From Carpediemonas membranifera BICM (lineage: Eukaryota; Protista; Fornicata), in the NCBI GenBank assembly GCA_019828565.1, contig JAHDYR010000003.1, forward strand, positions 248,001-312,000: 64,000 nucleotides of DNA, given 5' to 3'. Of this stretch, positions 1-10,100 are shown one piece after another (the first letter of the stretch is position 1; each line of letters opens with the position of its first letter). The notes below the pieces were generated by a model. The model saw nothing but the letters and a program-made list of their open reading frames with translations, ran no database searches and was not told the origin of the DNA. The translations under genes and the position numbers were made by a program.

Positions 1-1241
1 GATCTCTGCTCAAGACATCCAAGGTGGGCGACGGCGGCCTCGCTACGATTGCCGAGGCCCAGGTGGGCGACTACTACGAGGGCAGGGGCCAGTGGGCGCG
101 GGCAGTGAAGCACTACGAGACGGCTGGGGACTACGGTCGCATGGCGGACATGCTGCTCCGGATGGAGATGTACGAGGATGCTGCGGCATTGATTGACATG
201 CTAGAGGCGTCTAGTCCAGTTCTTACGAGGATCGGGCACGTCATGCTGTCTGTTGGTCTCATCGATGAGGCCGCCAGAGCTTTCTTGCGCCAGGGAAACA
301 GATCCGTCGCCATCGATGCGTGTGTCACAATGAATAGATGGCCTAAGGCTGTAGAGATCGCCGGTAACGACCCAGCCCTTGTGGAGAAGGTCAGGGAGCC
401 CCTCGTGTCATATTGCAGCACCTTGACCGCCAAGGGCAGGGTCATGGACGCTGCGAGCCTGCTCTCCCGCTGTGCTTTCCACACGGAGGCGCACAAGGCC
501 CTGAACGAAGCTGGTACACGTCTGATCCGGCAGGATGTGCCTCGTGTGGCCGGGACAAAGCTCTCTGCCCCACCCCTGCTGGGTAGACTCGTGCTAGCCA
601 AGCGGATCTTCGTCCAGGCCGCCATTGAAGCGATGCTTGCCCGTACAAGGGCGCTCCAGACGTCCACACGCGGCCTCAAGGACCAGGTCCAGGGTATGGA
701 TCAATGGGCCCCTGCCTTTGGAGTCCACTTCCTGCTGCTGGCTCAGACCCTGATCACAAAGGGGCGGGACTACTACCACTTCGCCCTGATCGCAGCTGAG
801 AGGGCCAGTCTGTATAGCCAGCTGACGGATGGTCTGGTAACCAAGTCGACGGAGGCCCTTGCTGCCCTGTTGCTCGGAGACCAGGGGGCGGCCTCTGATT
901 CAATGAGCGCGCTCGAGACTGCTGACCGTGCATCCGAGTCGCTCAGGACAGAGTACACGAAGCTCTCACTGCGGCTGTTCAGGTCGGGTGTCAAGGACAG
1001 GGAGCGGACTCCATGGACGTGCAAGCAGTGCAAAACTGTGCACAGCGAGCCGGCCGCCGCTTGTTCTCAGTGCGGCGCTGTCGTGCCTGTGTGCATGGCG
1101 TCGGCCCAGGTGATCGACGACAAGGCTCTGACGGATGTGTGTGGACGGTGCAGGCAGAGCACGATGCAGGGAATGGCGCCCAGGAACGCCAATGGCACTC
1201 CATACTGCGCACTGTGCCATGCAATGTTTATGAAACTATAA
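1..1241 (+). CDS. WDR35: IFT-A subunit WDR35/IFT121, C-terminal part (5' end outside window)
   Basis: TPR-like helical region (AIDACVTMNRWPKAVEIA; GVHFLLLAQ) followed by a C-terminal Cys cluster CKQC..CSQC..VCMASA..CGRC..CALCH typical of WDR35. Confidence 0.8.
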   Translation, partial: SLLKTSKVGDGGLATIAEAQVGDYYEGRGQWARAVKHYETAGDYGRMADMLLRMEMYEDAAALIDMLEASSPVLTRIGHVMLSVGLIDEAARAFLRQGNRSVAIDACVTMNRWPKAVEIAGNDPALVEKVREPLVSYCSTLTAKGRVMDAASLLSRCAFHTEAHKALNEAGTRLIRQDVPRVAGTKLSAPPLLGRLVLAKRIFVQAAIEAMLARTRALQTSTRGLKDQVQGMDQWAPAFGVHFLLLAQTLITKGRDYYHFALIAAERASLYSQLTDGLVTKSTEALAALLLGDQGAASDSMSALETADRASESLRTEYTKLSLRLFRSGVKDRERTPWTCKQCKTVHSEPAAACSQCGAVVPVCMASAQVIDDKALTDVCGRCRQSTMQGMAPRNANGTPYCALCHAMFMKL

Positions 1242-1611
1242 GGATGATGTAAATGACAGAGGTGCGTGTTGACGTGCTTTTTAAAGATCTGAGGCCTCTG
1301 AATCGGCACCTGGATTAATACACTGCCGATTTCAAGTTCTGTGAAGCCGCAGGTTAAGACCATGACAAATCTTTCCTCAAGCGCCTCTTTCGCCCGTTCA
1401 ATCCACACATCCCTACAGGGTCGGTGGGGGCTGGTGGTGCCTTGGACACGAGATATGAATGATTCAAAGATTGGTCAAATGATTTGGGTACATGGGTGTG
1501 GCGCCGTACACAATAAAACGGGGCTATCACCATCGTCATGGCGAATCAATCTGAATCTATTTTTGGATCGCGTCCCGCGTGTGCAGTTTTGCCCTCACAC
1601 AAACAAACAGT

Positions 1612-2277
1612 ATGGAAGACATGGACAGAACTTCTAGATTCACATTCAGCACGAACTTGCAGCGAACAACCTGGGAAGATTCTGTGAAAACTACAACTCG
1701 CCGTCTCGGAGCTGGTAACTTGCCTGCTATTGACCAGAATCTCATCGACACGGTCCTGAATGAGCTGGAGGGCAAAAGCGTCAATCGTAGCCTTACAGGT
1801 GCGCACAAGTATGCCATTTGGAGATATTCCACCAATGACTACTATGATATCAACCAACTGCTGAGATCTGACGCCGACATTGCTGCTTCGGAGTGGAACG
1901 CCATCATCCGCCACGCCAACCACGGTGTGAGAAATGTCACCTCTTCCGATCCGCACACCACCACTCTGTACCGGGGCCTCCAGATCGATCCGAACCTTGA
2001 GGTCGGCGACCAGTTTTATGAGTGGGGGTTCACCTCTTGCTCCCGAAGCCGCACGGTTGCCGAAGGTTTCGCTGGTGATGGCCCCATCTGCCGCATCGTG
2101 GAATGGCGTTATGGCCTGAACATCGAGAACCTCAGCGAATACCCTCACGAGCAGGAGACGCTTCTTCCCATCAATGCCTGCTTCGAGGTTACGAAGGTGA
2201 CTGAGCCGAGTGGTGTGCAACGCCGCAAGGTCTATACGCTCAAGCAGCGTGTTGACATCTCTAAGAACTATGAGTAA
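1612..2277 (+). CDS. Mono-ADP-ribosyltransferase, ARTC (R-S-E; VIP2/C3/ecto-ART-like)
   Basis: Y..IN..LR, TLYRG (R), GFTSCS (S-x-S), EYPHEQETLLP (E-x-E); first ATG at 1612; no signal peptide. Confidence 0.85.
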   Translation: MEDMDRTSRFTFSTNLQRTTWEDSVKTTTRRLGAGNLPAIDQNLIDTVLNELEGKSVNRSLTGAHKYAIWRYSTNDYYDINQLLRSDADIAASEWNAIIRHANHGVRNVTSSDPHTTTLYRGLQIDPNLEVGDQFYEWGFTSCSRSRTVAEGFAGDGPICRIVEWRYGLNIENLSEYPHEQETLLPINACFEVTKVTEPSGVQRRKVYTLKQRVDISKNYE

Positions 2278-2508
2278 ACTCACCACTTGCCAAGTCACTC
2301 GTTGGGGCGTCTCCGGCTATCTCCCACCAGTCCCACGAGAGCTGCCGCAAGTTATTCCTAGACCAACGGGAGCAGCTGTGTTCGCCGTCAGACGCGACAC
2401 GCCGTTGCGCAGGCCTCACCCACGTAATCGACCACTGCATACTCGTGTGTGTGGACTCGCCCGCGGTAAACGTCACTTCATTCATTCAATCAAATCATTT
2501 ATCATCAA

Positions 2509-4218
2509 TCAAAAGGCAGGGCAGTGGTCATCAAATCTGTAGCCGTTCGACTGGTGCTCAGTCGTCAGCCCGCGCTGGATGCAGCAAATGCCAGAGGCGT
2601 ACGCTGCCAATGCGATGACCTCCTCCTCGCGGGGGTAGTACGTGTACGAGGGCGACGCCTCGCGCATGTACTTGTAGAAGTTCATAAAGTTGCCGAGGTC
2701 GTTGTCATGGATGCCCTTGCGGCCCTCGAAGTGCGGGTTGAACGGCGCCGCGTTCGAGCAGCCCTCCGACACCCAGGGGCCGACCGCCTCGAGGCCCCGG
2801 ACGTAGTTGTTGTGCTTGGGCCACCTCGCGATGACGCCGGCCATGCTCGTGCGGGCCCTGACGAGACCCTGGCTGTTCCGCTCGCATATGACCTTCGCCT
2901 GGGTGCCTAGCACCTTGAGTGGCACCGTCTCCGTGTGGCAGCTCTTGTGCTTGTGGAAGAGGTGGTGGTGGGTGTGGCAGACCGTCTCCCGGACCTCCAT
3001 GCTCCACGTCCGCTCCTGTCCGGCCCTCAGGGGGTGGTGCCCGAGCGGGTAGACCTTGGCGGGGTGCAGCTGTCGGTTGACGCGGTGCCCGAGGTCCTGG
3101 TAGACCCCCGCACTGATGCTCTGCGCCCCCTTGAACCAGGCAGCGTGGGCGGCCTCGGCGGCACGCATCTCGGCGGCACGGTCGTTGTGGGCCTTGTGGA
3201 GGGCGGCGTTGATGGCGGTCTCGACGTGGGCGCGCTTGGTGCTGTCTGTGATGTAGTGGGAGATGCGGTGGACGGTGTACTTAATCTGCACCGGGTTCGT
3301 GGCAAAGGACGTCACGCGGCTCCTCCAGGCGTGGATCTCGGGGTTGCCGCCGATGATGTCGGTTGTGCCCATCTTTCTCCAGGACACGTACGAGTTGCCC
3401 GACTTGCGGTGGGACTCCCCAGCGACGCCGTTGAGCTCGTTCTTCAGCTCATTGAGGAGCGTGCCCTCCGCCATCTTGCTCCATATGCAGGAGCGGAGGA
3501 TCGTCTGGTGCTCGAGCATCCCGCCAAAGTCGGCCGACGTCGTCAGGTGGGTGCCCCAGTACTCGAGGAAGAGGCCGTAGAGGTTGGCGTCGTACGTCGA
3601 GGGGAGGGCGGCGACTGCAGTCTCGAAGTAGGGGTCGAGGTCGTGCGAGGAGGTCGAGAGTGTGTAGGCAGTAGCGGTGCGGGTTGATACAGCGAGGGAG
3701 ATCGGGCCGTTGAAGAACTTGCTGTAGATGGTCTTCATGTTCTGGCTGTGGGACATCATGCCGCCAACGATTGTTTTGCCGTCGACGGTGGTGCTGCCGA
3801 TGTTCCAGCTGAGGGTCTTAGCGTAGTCCTCGTACTTCTTGTACGCGCTCGCCTCGTCGGCCTGAGCAAGACCGCGGTTAGTGAAGGTGACCTGGCTGGG
3901 GATGGCGGTGCCGTGGTACGTCTTGGGGCCCGCAGTCATGTGGACAACGGGGAGGCCAAACTGACCAGTGGCCATGTTGTAGCCAACACCAACTCTACCG
4001 ACAAGCAGCGGAACGGCGTTCGCCTCTTCGAACTTCTCGGCGTGCATGTCGTTCACTTCCACCGTCTTCAGGTGCTGGAGGCAAACGCGCTCCTGGTTTC
4101 CAGTATACGCCTTGCAGAAGCGCTGAGCGGATGCTGCAGCGGCGTGATGGAATGAAGAAGCGTCACACAGCACTAGGGAAGCGCAGACAAGCAATAGAGC
4201 AAGGGAATGTCGACGCAT
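2509..4218 (-). CDS. Secreted MACPF/perforin-like protein
   Basis: N-terminal signal peptide; VGVGYN motif; MACPF signature YGLFLEYWGTHLTTSADFGG; IIGGNP..W..S...NP..I. Confidence 0.85.
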   Translation of the reverse strand: MRRHSLALLLVCASLVLCDASSFHHAAAASAQRFCKAYTGNQERVCLQHLKTVEVNDMHAEKFEEANAVPLLVGRVGVGYNMATGQFGLPVVHMTAGPKTYHGTAIPSQVTFTNRGLAQADEASAYKKYEDYAKTLSWNIGSTTVDGKTIVGGMMSHSQNMKTIYSKFFNGPISLAVSTRTATAYTLSTSSHDLDPYFETAVAALPSTYDANLYGLFLEYWGTHLTTSADFGGMLEHQTILRSCIWSKMAEGTLLNELKNELNGVAGESHRKSGNSYVSWRKMGTTDIIGGNPEIHAWRSRVTSFATNPVQIKYTVHRISHYITDSTKRAHVETAINAALHKAHNDRAAEMRAAEAAHAAWFKGAQSISAGVYQDLGHRVNRQLHPAKVYPLGHHPLRAGQERTWSMEVRETVCHTHHHLFHKHKSCHTETVPLKVLGTQAKVICERNSQGLVRARTSMAGVIARWPKHNNYVRGLEAVGPWVSEGCSNAAPFNPHFEGRKGIHDNDLGNFMNFYKYMREASPSYTYYPREEEVIALAAYASGICCIQRGLTTEHQSNGYRFDDHCPAF

Positions 4219-4457
4219 GGCTGTGAGCGCAGTTTATCTTTCTGTTGCTTCGTTGGAGACGATCCAGGATTCTCAGAGTGGCGGGTATCTGAAGATGGTA
4301 GCCCTTAGTGCACACCCTGACTGGGCTGAGACAGCCGCACACTTCACATATTTGTTTCGGCAAAAATACGATTCGCTCTGATCGGAAAGTCAGGCCGAGT
4401 CAAAGCCGATTTATGCCGAAATGTGATAAAATAGTCATGCCGCTGCTTATCATTGAG

Positions 4458-5210
4458 CTAGTAATATATCATGATCTTGGCCACCGCTTCTTTCAGTAGC
4501 CGGCCAAATTTCTTCTTCTGCTTCTTCTCAGGTTTCCAGGGTGCGTTCTTCTGCGCAGCCTGCTTTCTGGGCGATAGCACTGGCCGACCCTTCTTATCAA
4601 ACCGCAGGAGGTTGTACTCCTCTGTGTTTTGCCGGGTAAACCCTTCCTCGCCCTCACCCCCAGCGATAAGAATGTCGTGGGTAGAGGAGTATGCTCCCAT
4701 GTCGATGCTATCGTTCGAGACCTCCTCATAAGACTCTGTCCGGCCAAGGACAGGGGGTGGCACGGATGGCGAGTGCTCGGGTTCGTCTTCAGAGAACACA
4801 AGCTTGTCGATTCGCACGCCATAACGATTGGTATATGCTTGCTGGCCCTGTTTGATGATTTTTTCACGCTTTTGTTGCCTTTCTTGCTGTCTCTTCATTG
4901 TGGATCGAAGAGCACCTTCAGAAAATGGATCACGACTTTTCTTGCAGGTCTTCTCTGCAAGCATGAAATCAACACGCTGACGCTGCATCTTCTTGCTGAC
5001 AGCTTCCATTTCCCTAGGCGACCTTATCCTCGTTAAACGAGAATCACTTCTGGCTTGATGCAGTCGCCAGAGTCGAAACACGATTTTTACCGTATATTCA
5101 CCATTGCGACGCTCTATTCCCTTAGTTGCTGCCACATCCAAGCTGTGGAGGGGTGGTACCCCAAGCCCTGCCTCACCCCGCTCCCACAAATGACCTAATT
5201 TACAATACAA
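4458..5210 (-). CDS. Hypothetical basic/charged protein (true start may be downstream)
   Basis: 250-codon ORF, K/R/E-rich, no recognised motif. Confidence 0.45.
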   Translation of the reverse strand: MYCKLGHLWERGEAGLGVPPLHSLDVAATKGIERRNGEYTVKIVFRLWRLHQARSDSRLTRIRSPREMEAVSKKMQRQRVDFMLAEKTCKKSRDPFSEGALRSTMKRQQERQQKREKIIKQGQQAYTNRYGVRIDKLVFSEDEPEHSPSVPPPVLGRTESYEEVSNDSIDMGAYSSTHDILIAGGEGEEGFTRQNTEEYNLLRFDKKGRPVLSPRKQAAQKNAPWKPEKKQKKKFGRLLKEAVAKIMIYY

Positions 5211-5218
5211 GCGAGCAT

Positions 5219-6337
5219 CTACTTCTTCGACCCTGCACAGAGTCCAAAGAGCTTATCCCAGAGGAGATACTTCGTCCACGCCGCCCCTATCGCCATACCC
5301 ATACCCATAGTGTGAACAGGCATAGTTACTGCGGGCAGGGGCGGTGTGTAGTCATTCACGGGTGCTGACTTAGGCACGGTGTGGTGGCCCCAGTCCACAG
5401 CCATGGGGCGGCCCCCAATGATGTAGGCGCCTCCTGTGCGGACTTCGGGGGCTGGGGGAACGGGCGGCGGGCCGAAGGGGATGATGGCTGCGGCGGCGGT
5501 GGCGTCATATCCAGGGGGGAAGGCGAGAGTCTTGCCGGCAAGGAAAGAGCCGCCTGCACCGGTAATTAGGGCGGTGGACGCGATTATAGGGACGAGGAAG
5601 AGGCAACAGGCACACAGCGAGAGCAGCAAGAGGAGGAGGAGGAGCAGTAAGAATGCGGTGAAGGAAACGCAGGATATGTCCTGGAGGATCGAGAGTAGCA
5701 CATCGGAGTGGACCTCACTGAACGCATCAGTGATGTCATCAGCGGACTCTGCCAGGAAGAACTTGCCTCCTGTCCTCTCTGCCATCTTGGTGAGGAGCTC
5801 CACCTCGCTCTTCATGCCGATAGTGTACATCTTGTAGCCGCCGTCGATAATATCCTGCATGCCCGCGTCCGTATCAACGTTGAACGGGTATGTAGGGGAC
5901 CCATCGGACATGAATATGATGATCTTTTCGAAAGAACCATCGGGGCTAGCCTCCATGATGTTGAAGGCCTGCTGGAGCCCTACTCGATAGTCAGTGCCGC
6001 CACTGGGGTTGGTGTTGTCCACAGCGTCAGTAATATCGCCGAAGTCCTGGGTCAGCGCCACTTTCTTGAGGGATTGACTGTCCCATAGAACGGCGCCAAC
6101 GTAGTCCGATCCAGTGAGCTCATCCACGAATGAAGCAACTGCCGTACGCAAGTTTGCTACGAGATCACCGGCCATAGAGCCAGAATAATCGAGGGAGAAC
6201 ACAATATTCACAGGTGTCCGCCCATCGTCGTCACCGCAGATGAACCCTGCGAATACGGGCGAAATACAGCATGAATACAAGAATAAGCATGCTAGAAAGA
6301 GCCTCGCTGAACTGAGCAGCGGATGGCTGGTGACCAT
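5219..6337 (-). CDS. Type I membrane protein with a von Willebrand factor A domain
   Basis: Signal peptide; MIDAS motif DYSGS, GGT, IIFMSDG; poly-Leu TM segment; Pro-rich tail. Confidence 0.85.
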   Translation of the reverse strand: MVTSHPLLSSARLFLACLFLYSCCISPVFAGFICGDDDGRTPVNIVFSLDYSGSMAGDLVANLRTAVASFVDELTGSDYVGAVLWDSQSLKKVALTQDFGDITDAVDNTNPSGGTDYRVGLQQAFNIMEASPDGSFEKIIIFMSDGSPTYPFNVDTDAGMQDIIDGGYKMYTIGMKSEVELLTKMAERTGGKFFLAESADDITDAFSEVHSDVLLSILQDISCVSFTAFLLLLLLLLLLSLCACCLFLVPIIASTALITGAGGSFLAGKTLAFPPGYDATAAAAIIPFGPPPVPPAPEVRTGGAYIIGGRPMAVDWGHHTVPKSAPVNDYTPPLPAVTMPVHTMGMGMAIGAAWTKYLLWDKLFGLCAGSKK

Positions 6338-6442
6338 TATCTTGCTTGACTCGAAAACGACTCAATCACTTTATCGGCAGGCGATTCCCGACCCATACCG
6401 CCTCTAGACGGTCAAGGTAGACTCCCTCTACCACTCCTCCGC

Positions 6443-7747
6443 TCAGCGGGCATCTTTCTTGGTCAGCCCGGCGTGGTTGTAGCAACTAGCCCAGCAATGC
6501 AGCACGGTACCAACCAAGAAGTTCCACGTGATCGTATCCGAGAAGTACCATGGCCCAGTGTCACCCCTGATAAACTTCACTACCGGGGCGACTGTGAGGA
6601 AGTAAACGGCGAGGTTGGTGAACCCCAGGCCGACAGTTACAAGAACAGTGACGAGCACCGAGAGTCTATTGGCCATCTGACGATCCGAATCCATGTAGTA
6701 GCTCATCGCCATGAGGGCTGGGAAGAATCCTGTGACGACACACCGCAGTAGGTACCCTATGTCGTTCATGGTGAATGTGTCGGGCAGGAGCTCGAGCAGG
6801 ATGATGTAGACGAACTCATAGACGACGACAGAGATGCCAAACCACACCCCGATGATTGCAAGACCCAGCTTGACCCGACTGGTGCCTCTTACGAGAACTT
6901 TCCGGACCAAGGCTCTGGTGAACCGACCGCAGAGGACGACAATGAATAGGTATACGATGTGAATGGTGTTCATGGCAGCCGCCCGGGTCTGGAATGAGTC
7001 GCCGTCGTCCAGGGCTGGGGAAATTACGTATATATGTATAAATAACTCGATAGCGACCAATGCCCAAACGACAGGCTGGGCAAGAAAGGGAACGTGGAGC
7101 TGTCGCATGAAAAATCCGCTGAACACGTCGAGATCCAGGGCCGCAAGGATGAAGTGAGGCGGCATCAAGCCGTACAGGCCTCTAGTGATGGCAGTGCGAC
7201 TGGTGATTCCAAAGAAGAAACGGTGGACGGCCTGGAGGAAGAGTGTGTAGAGCAGACCCCCGCCAATGGCAACAAAGAGACGGAAGGAGCCCCATAGAGG
7301 GTTGGGCTTGAAGGGCGTGGCGAGGTCCGGTGTGTTTGAGAAGTACACAGAGAGGTAGACGGCGATGAGAGCAATATAGCCCGACACCGTGCCGAAGAAC
7401 TCGTTGTACACGCCCAGTGGCATCACCACGTTTGCTAGGATGAACATGCCGGCGGCGAGCACGAAGGCGGCGGCACAGGCGGGCAAGATTGTGAGGTCGC
7501 CGAAGATTAGCTTGTAGTGAGGGCCATCGCTCTTAGGCGGCTCGTTGAGAATGGCTTCGTCCAGGGTACTCACCACAGTGACGATGGAGTCCTGGATGTC
7601 CTGCATGCGCACGTCAATCTCGTCTGAACACGGTGCGGGGTCCAATTCGTATGGTGCGTCGCTTGTGCTATCTGAACGGCTTCTGATGAGCGTTGGGAGC
7701 TCCTCTGGGAACACTACATCCCCGCGTTCAAGCCCATCACTGTCCAT
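6443..7747 (-). CDS. Multi-pass membrane protein, unknown function
   Basis: Acidic N-terminus followed by about 9-10 hydrophobic segments. Confidence 0.6.
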   Translation of the reverse strand: MDSDGLERGDVVFPEELPTLIRSRSDSTSDAPYELDPAPCSDEIDVRMQDIQDSIVTVVSTLDEAILNEPPKSDGPHYKLIFGDLTILPACAAAFVLAAGMFILANVVMPLGVYNEFFGTVSGYIALIAVYLSVYFSNTPDLATPFKPNPLWGSFRLFVAIGGGLLYTLFLQAVHRFFFGITSRTAITRGLYGLMPPHFILAALDLDVFSGFFMRQLHVPFLAQPVVWALVAIELFIHIYVISPALDDGDSFQTRAAAMNTIHIVYLFIVVLCGRFTRALVRKVLVRGTSRVKLGLAIIGVWFGISVVVYEFVYIILLELLPDTFTMNDIGYLLRCVVTGFFPALMAMSYYMDSDRQMANRLSVLVTVLVTVGLGFTNLAVYFLTVAPVVKFIRGDTGPWYFSDTITWNFLVGTVLHCWASCYNHAGLTKKDAR

Positions 7748-7960
7748 TGGTTGTTGCTGTGGCGGCAGTGATGGAACCTCGAAAGAATGATGCCTTCAGA
7801 GATTGGGGAGCAAGATGCCGGGGCATGTACCGGCGTTGCCACCCAGCCCCTGTGCCATCCTGGGTATACATCGTCGGGGCACCGTCGAAGTCTCGGACTC
7901 AGAGTCGCCCGTCATTCTTGAATTCAGTCAGTTGCGAGTCAAGGCGGGATAATCGGGACC

Positions 7961-9067
7961 ATGCCGGTGCCCCATCATCGTATCACCGCGATACCCACTC
8001 TACCTGCAGGTCGGCATCACTTGATGACACCCTGCAGAGCGATGGTCGCGACGATCCACGTGTTTCCTTCCACAGCTAAACCCGCTGGAACACTAGAAGC
8101 ACTGGCAAATACACATGTGGCGCACTATATTGAAGCTCGTAGCATCAAATTAGTCGTGCTTTCCGATATTGACGAAGAGCTCGCCATGAAGCTGCACCAT
8201 GGCCTAGAGGAGAATGACCATGTTAATTTCACTCTCAGCAAAGACGATGAGGTCGTCCATGTTGACTCATCACAGACCGTCTCTGCACCCCATGTCCTTG
8301 GACTTCTTTCGAAGCACTTTAGCCCCAATGCACCCGCACCCGTGCCTGCAGCGGCCCCTCATCGTGCCACCGGGCGGTGGTCAGATCCTGTCGACCCGTC
8401 ACCAGCACCCCAACCCCACTTTATCGACGAGGACACCCTTGCCAAGTTTACGATCAAACCTGACCCGCCCCAGTCGGACCCCAAGTCCCCCGACCCCACT
8501 GTTGTACTCGCCATATGCCTGCAATCCGGTCGTATACAGCGTTCATTCACAAAGTACAATACTTTATCCGACGTTCTTGCTCAAGTCATTGAAGAACGCC
8601 TTGTCCAACCTGTTGGACTGAAGATCAAGGTCCCACTGGGAAATGGAGCGCGATGGCGGACCATTGCTGGGGCAGACCCCCAGATCCACAGCACCCTCGC
8701 CTCACACGGACTTTGGCCACGGAGTGTGGTTCATGTCATTGAGCAACATGCCGAGCACATGCATAACGCGCCCTCGCCAGACGTGAGGATGTCCACTGGT
8801 GATTTCACCAAGCCTGCAGGGGAGAAGGGCTTTTTCTCCAAGCTCAAGCGAAAGATGAAGCCCGGTCACCACGCTAAGCCTGTCATGGCCGCCCAACCCA
8901 CCCACGGAACCAGGCGGACTGTGACTAGGGATGGCCGAACGTACCAGCAGCAGCTTGGTGATGATGACTTGTGTGACTCGTTGCTGCAGGAAGACCAGCA
9001 GGGCAAGGGGCCGGGTGACGGAGACAGGGAGACCTGGAACAACGGGAACGGGGTGACTTTCCAGTAG
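7961..9067 (+). CDS. UBX-domain protein (UBXN4/Ubx7-like); start uncertain
   Basis: UBX-like segment (IQRSF...TLSDV...TLASHGLWPRSVVHV); C-terminal TWNNGNG resembles the UBXN4 TWNGNS end. Confidence 0.6.
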   Translation: MPVPHHRITAIPTLPAGRHHLMTPCRAMVATIHVFPSTAKPAGTLEALANTHVAHYIEARSIKLVVLSDIDEELAMKLHHGLEENDHVNFTLSKDDEVVHVDSSQTVSAPHVLGLLSKHFSPNAPAPVPAAAPHRATGRWSDPVDPSPAPQPHFIDEDTLAKFTIKPDPPQSDPKSPDPTVVLAICLQSGRIQRSFTKYNTLSDVLAQVIEERLVQPVGLKIKVPLGNGARWRTIAGADPQIHSTLASHGLWPRSVVHVIEQHAEHMHNAPSPDVRMSTGDFTKPAGEKGFFSKLKRKMKPGHHAKPVMAAQPTHGTRRTVTRDGRTYQQQLGDDDLCDSLLQEDQQGKGPGDGDRETWNNGNGVTFQ

Positions 9068-9186
9068 AGCGGTGCAGTTTTATGTGTTTTGGACGATAAA
9101 TCATTGCTGTGATCTGCTTGGCGTGGGTTATTGAGTTGGAAGTCTGGTGCTATTTGATGGGGCCTTGGCTGCAGGTAACTAAACGC

Positions 9187-9237
9187 TTCAGTCGCCCCAG
9201 CGTCTGAAGGCGTTGACTATCGCTCAGATGCCAGACA
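9187..9237 (-). repeat. Conserved ~50-nt motif downstream of the RCC1-like unit (copy of 45953-46007)
   Basis: ttcagtcgccc..cagcgtctgaaggcg(t/c)tgactatcgctcagatgccagaca matches the reverse complement of 45953-46007. Confidence 0.85.
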
Positions 9238-9239
9238 CG

Positions 9240-10100
9240 ACCGGCGTCCATGGGTCGACGTTGACGGGGATGAGCTCATGCTCTGAACAAGATGTCGGCT
9301 GCGAAGAGACTGTAAGATAACGGCAATCGGCCAGCCTTGCCTCCCCTCGTCTTAACACACCCGTCAACCTGAATCACTGGCCGGTGGTGTCTCGGAATTC
9401 GATGTATAGCCGGTGTACCGTGTATGGTTTAATGAAAGCAACGAACTTCCGCAGTTTAGGGTCACACCGCGCGTGGTAATTATAAATCTTCTGCCAATAT
9501 GTGTCGCCTCAAACGGCACATAGGCCTGTTGTAGGCGGTTTGTCATACACAGATGAGTACGGCCGTCAGTGACCCAGTAGAGATAATGACCATCGGCTAT
9601 AAGCCCCTTGACCAGCTCTGGGAACCGGAGCGGGGTGGGTGCGAGGAACTTGCCGGATTCATGCAGCAGACCGGACTGGACGAAATACCGTGCGAGGAAA
9701 ATAGTGAAGGGGAAATTGTAATTAGAACAAAGGAGCCGGTCGACCCTGAAGGGCAGGTCGACGAATCCAGTCATCTCATCCTCGTGCCCGAGTCCCAGCT
9801 GGCCATCTTCGTTGTACCCGCTGATCATCTGCCGATCGCCCTAGGAGAGGATGACGACCACACTTGTAGAATATCACACATGCATGATGTGATCTGGGAC
9901 AAAGCCAGTTGGCACAGAGACTGGGTGGAAGAGGTCCTCGTCTTCTTCGTAATTGTCGGAAAAGCACCATGCGGGAGAGCCCGCCATGACAGTGCCGACT
10001 GGGGCGAGTATGAACGCCCGATTACCCTTTCTCGACACATCAGTCACCATCCTGTGCTTCTCCAGGCGGGCAGACTGGCCTCGAGCTCGGCGACCTTGGG
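9240..10100 (-). pseudogene. Degenerate RCC1-like repeat family gene
   Basis: Paralog of 45125-45853 (FHPV.VP.GFVPDHIMHV, GYNEDGQLGLGH, LPFRVDR, TPLRFPE) with in-frame TGA and TAG and frameshifts. Confidence 0.75.

Noticed and set aside
9835-9885. In-frame TGA/TAG in the RCC1-like gene as possible stop-codon reassignment
   Set aside because: TAA, TAG and TGA all terminate conserved genes here; the locus also has frameshifts, so it is a pseudogene
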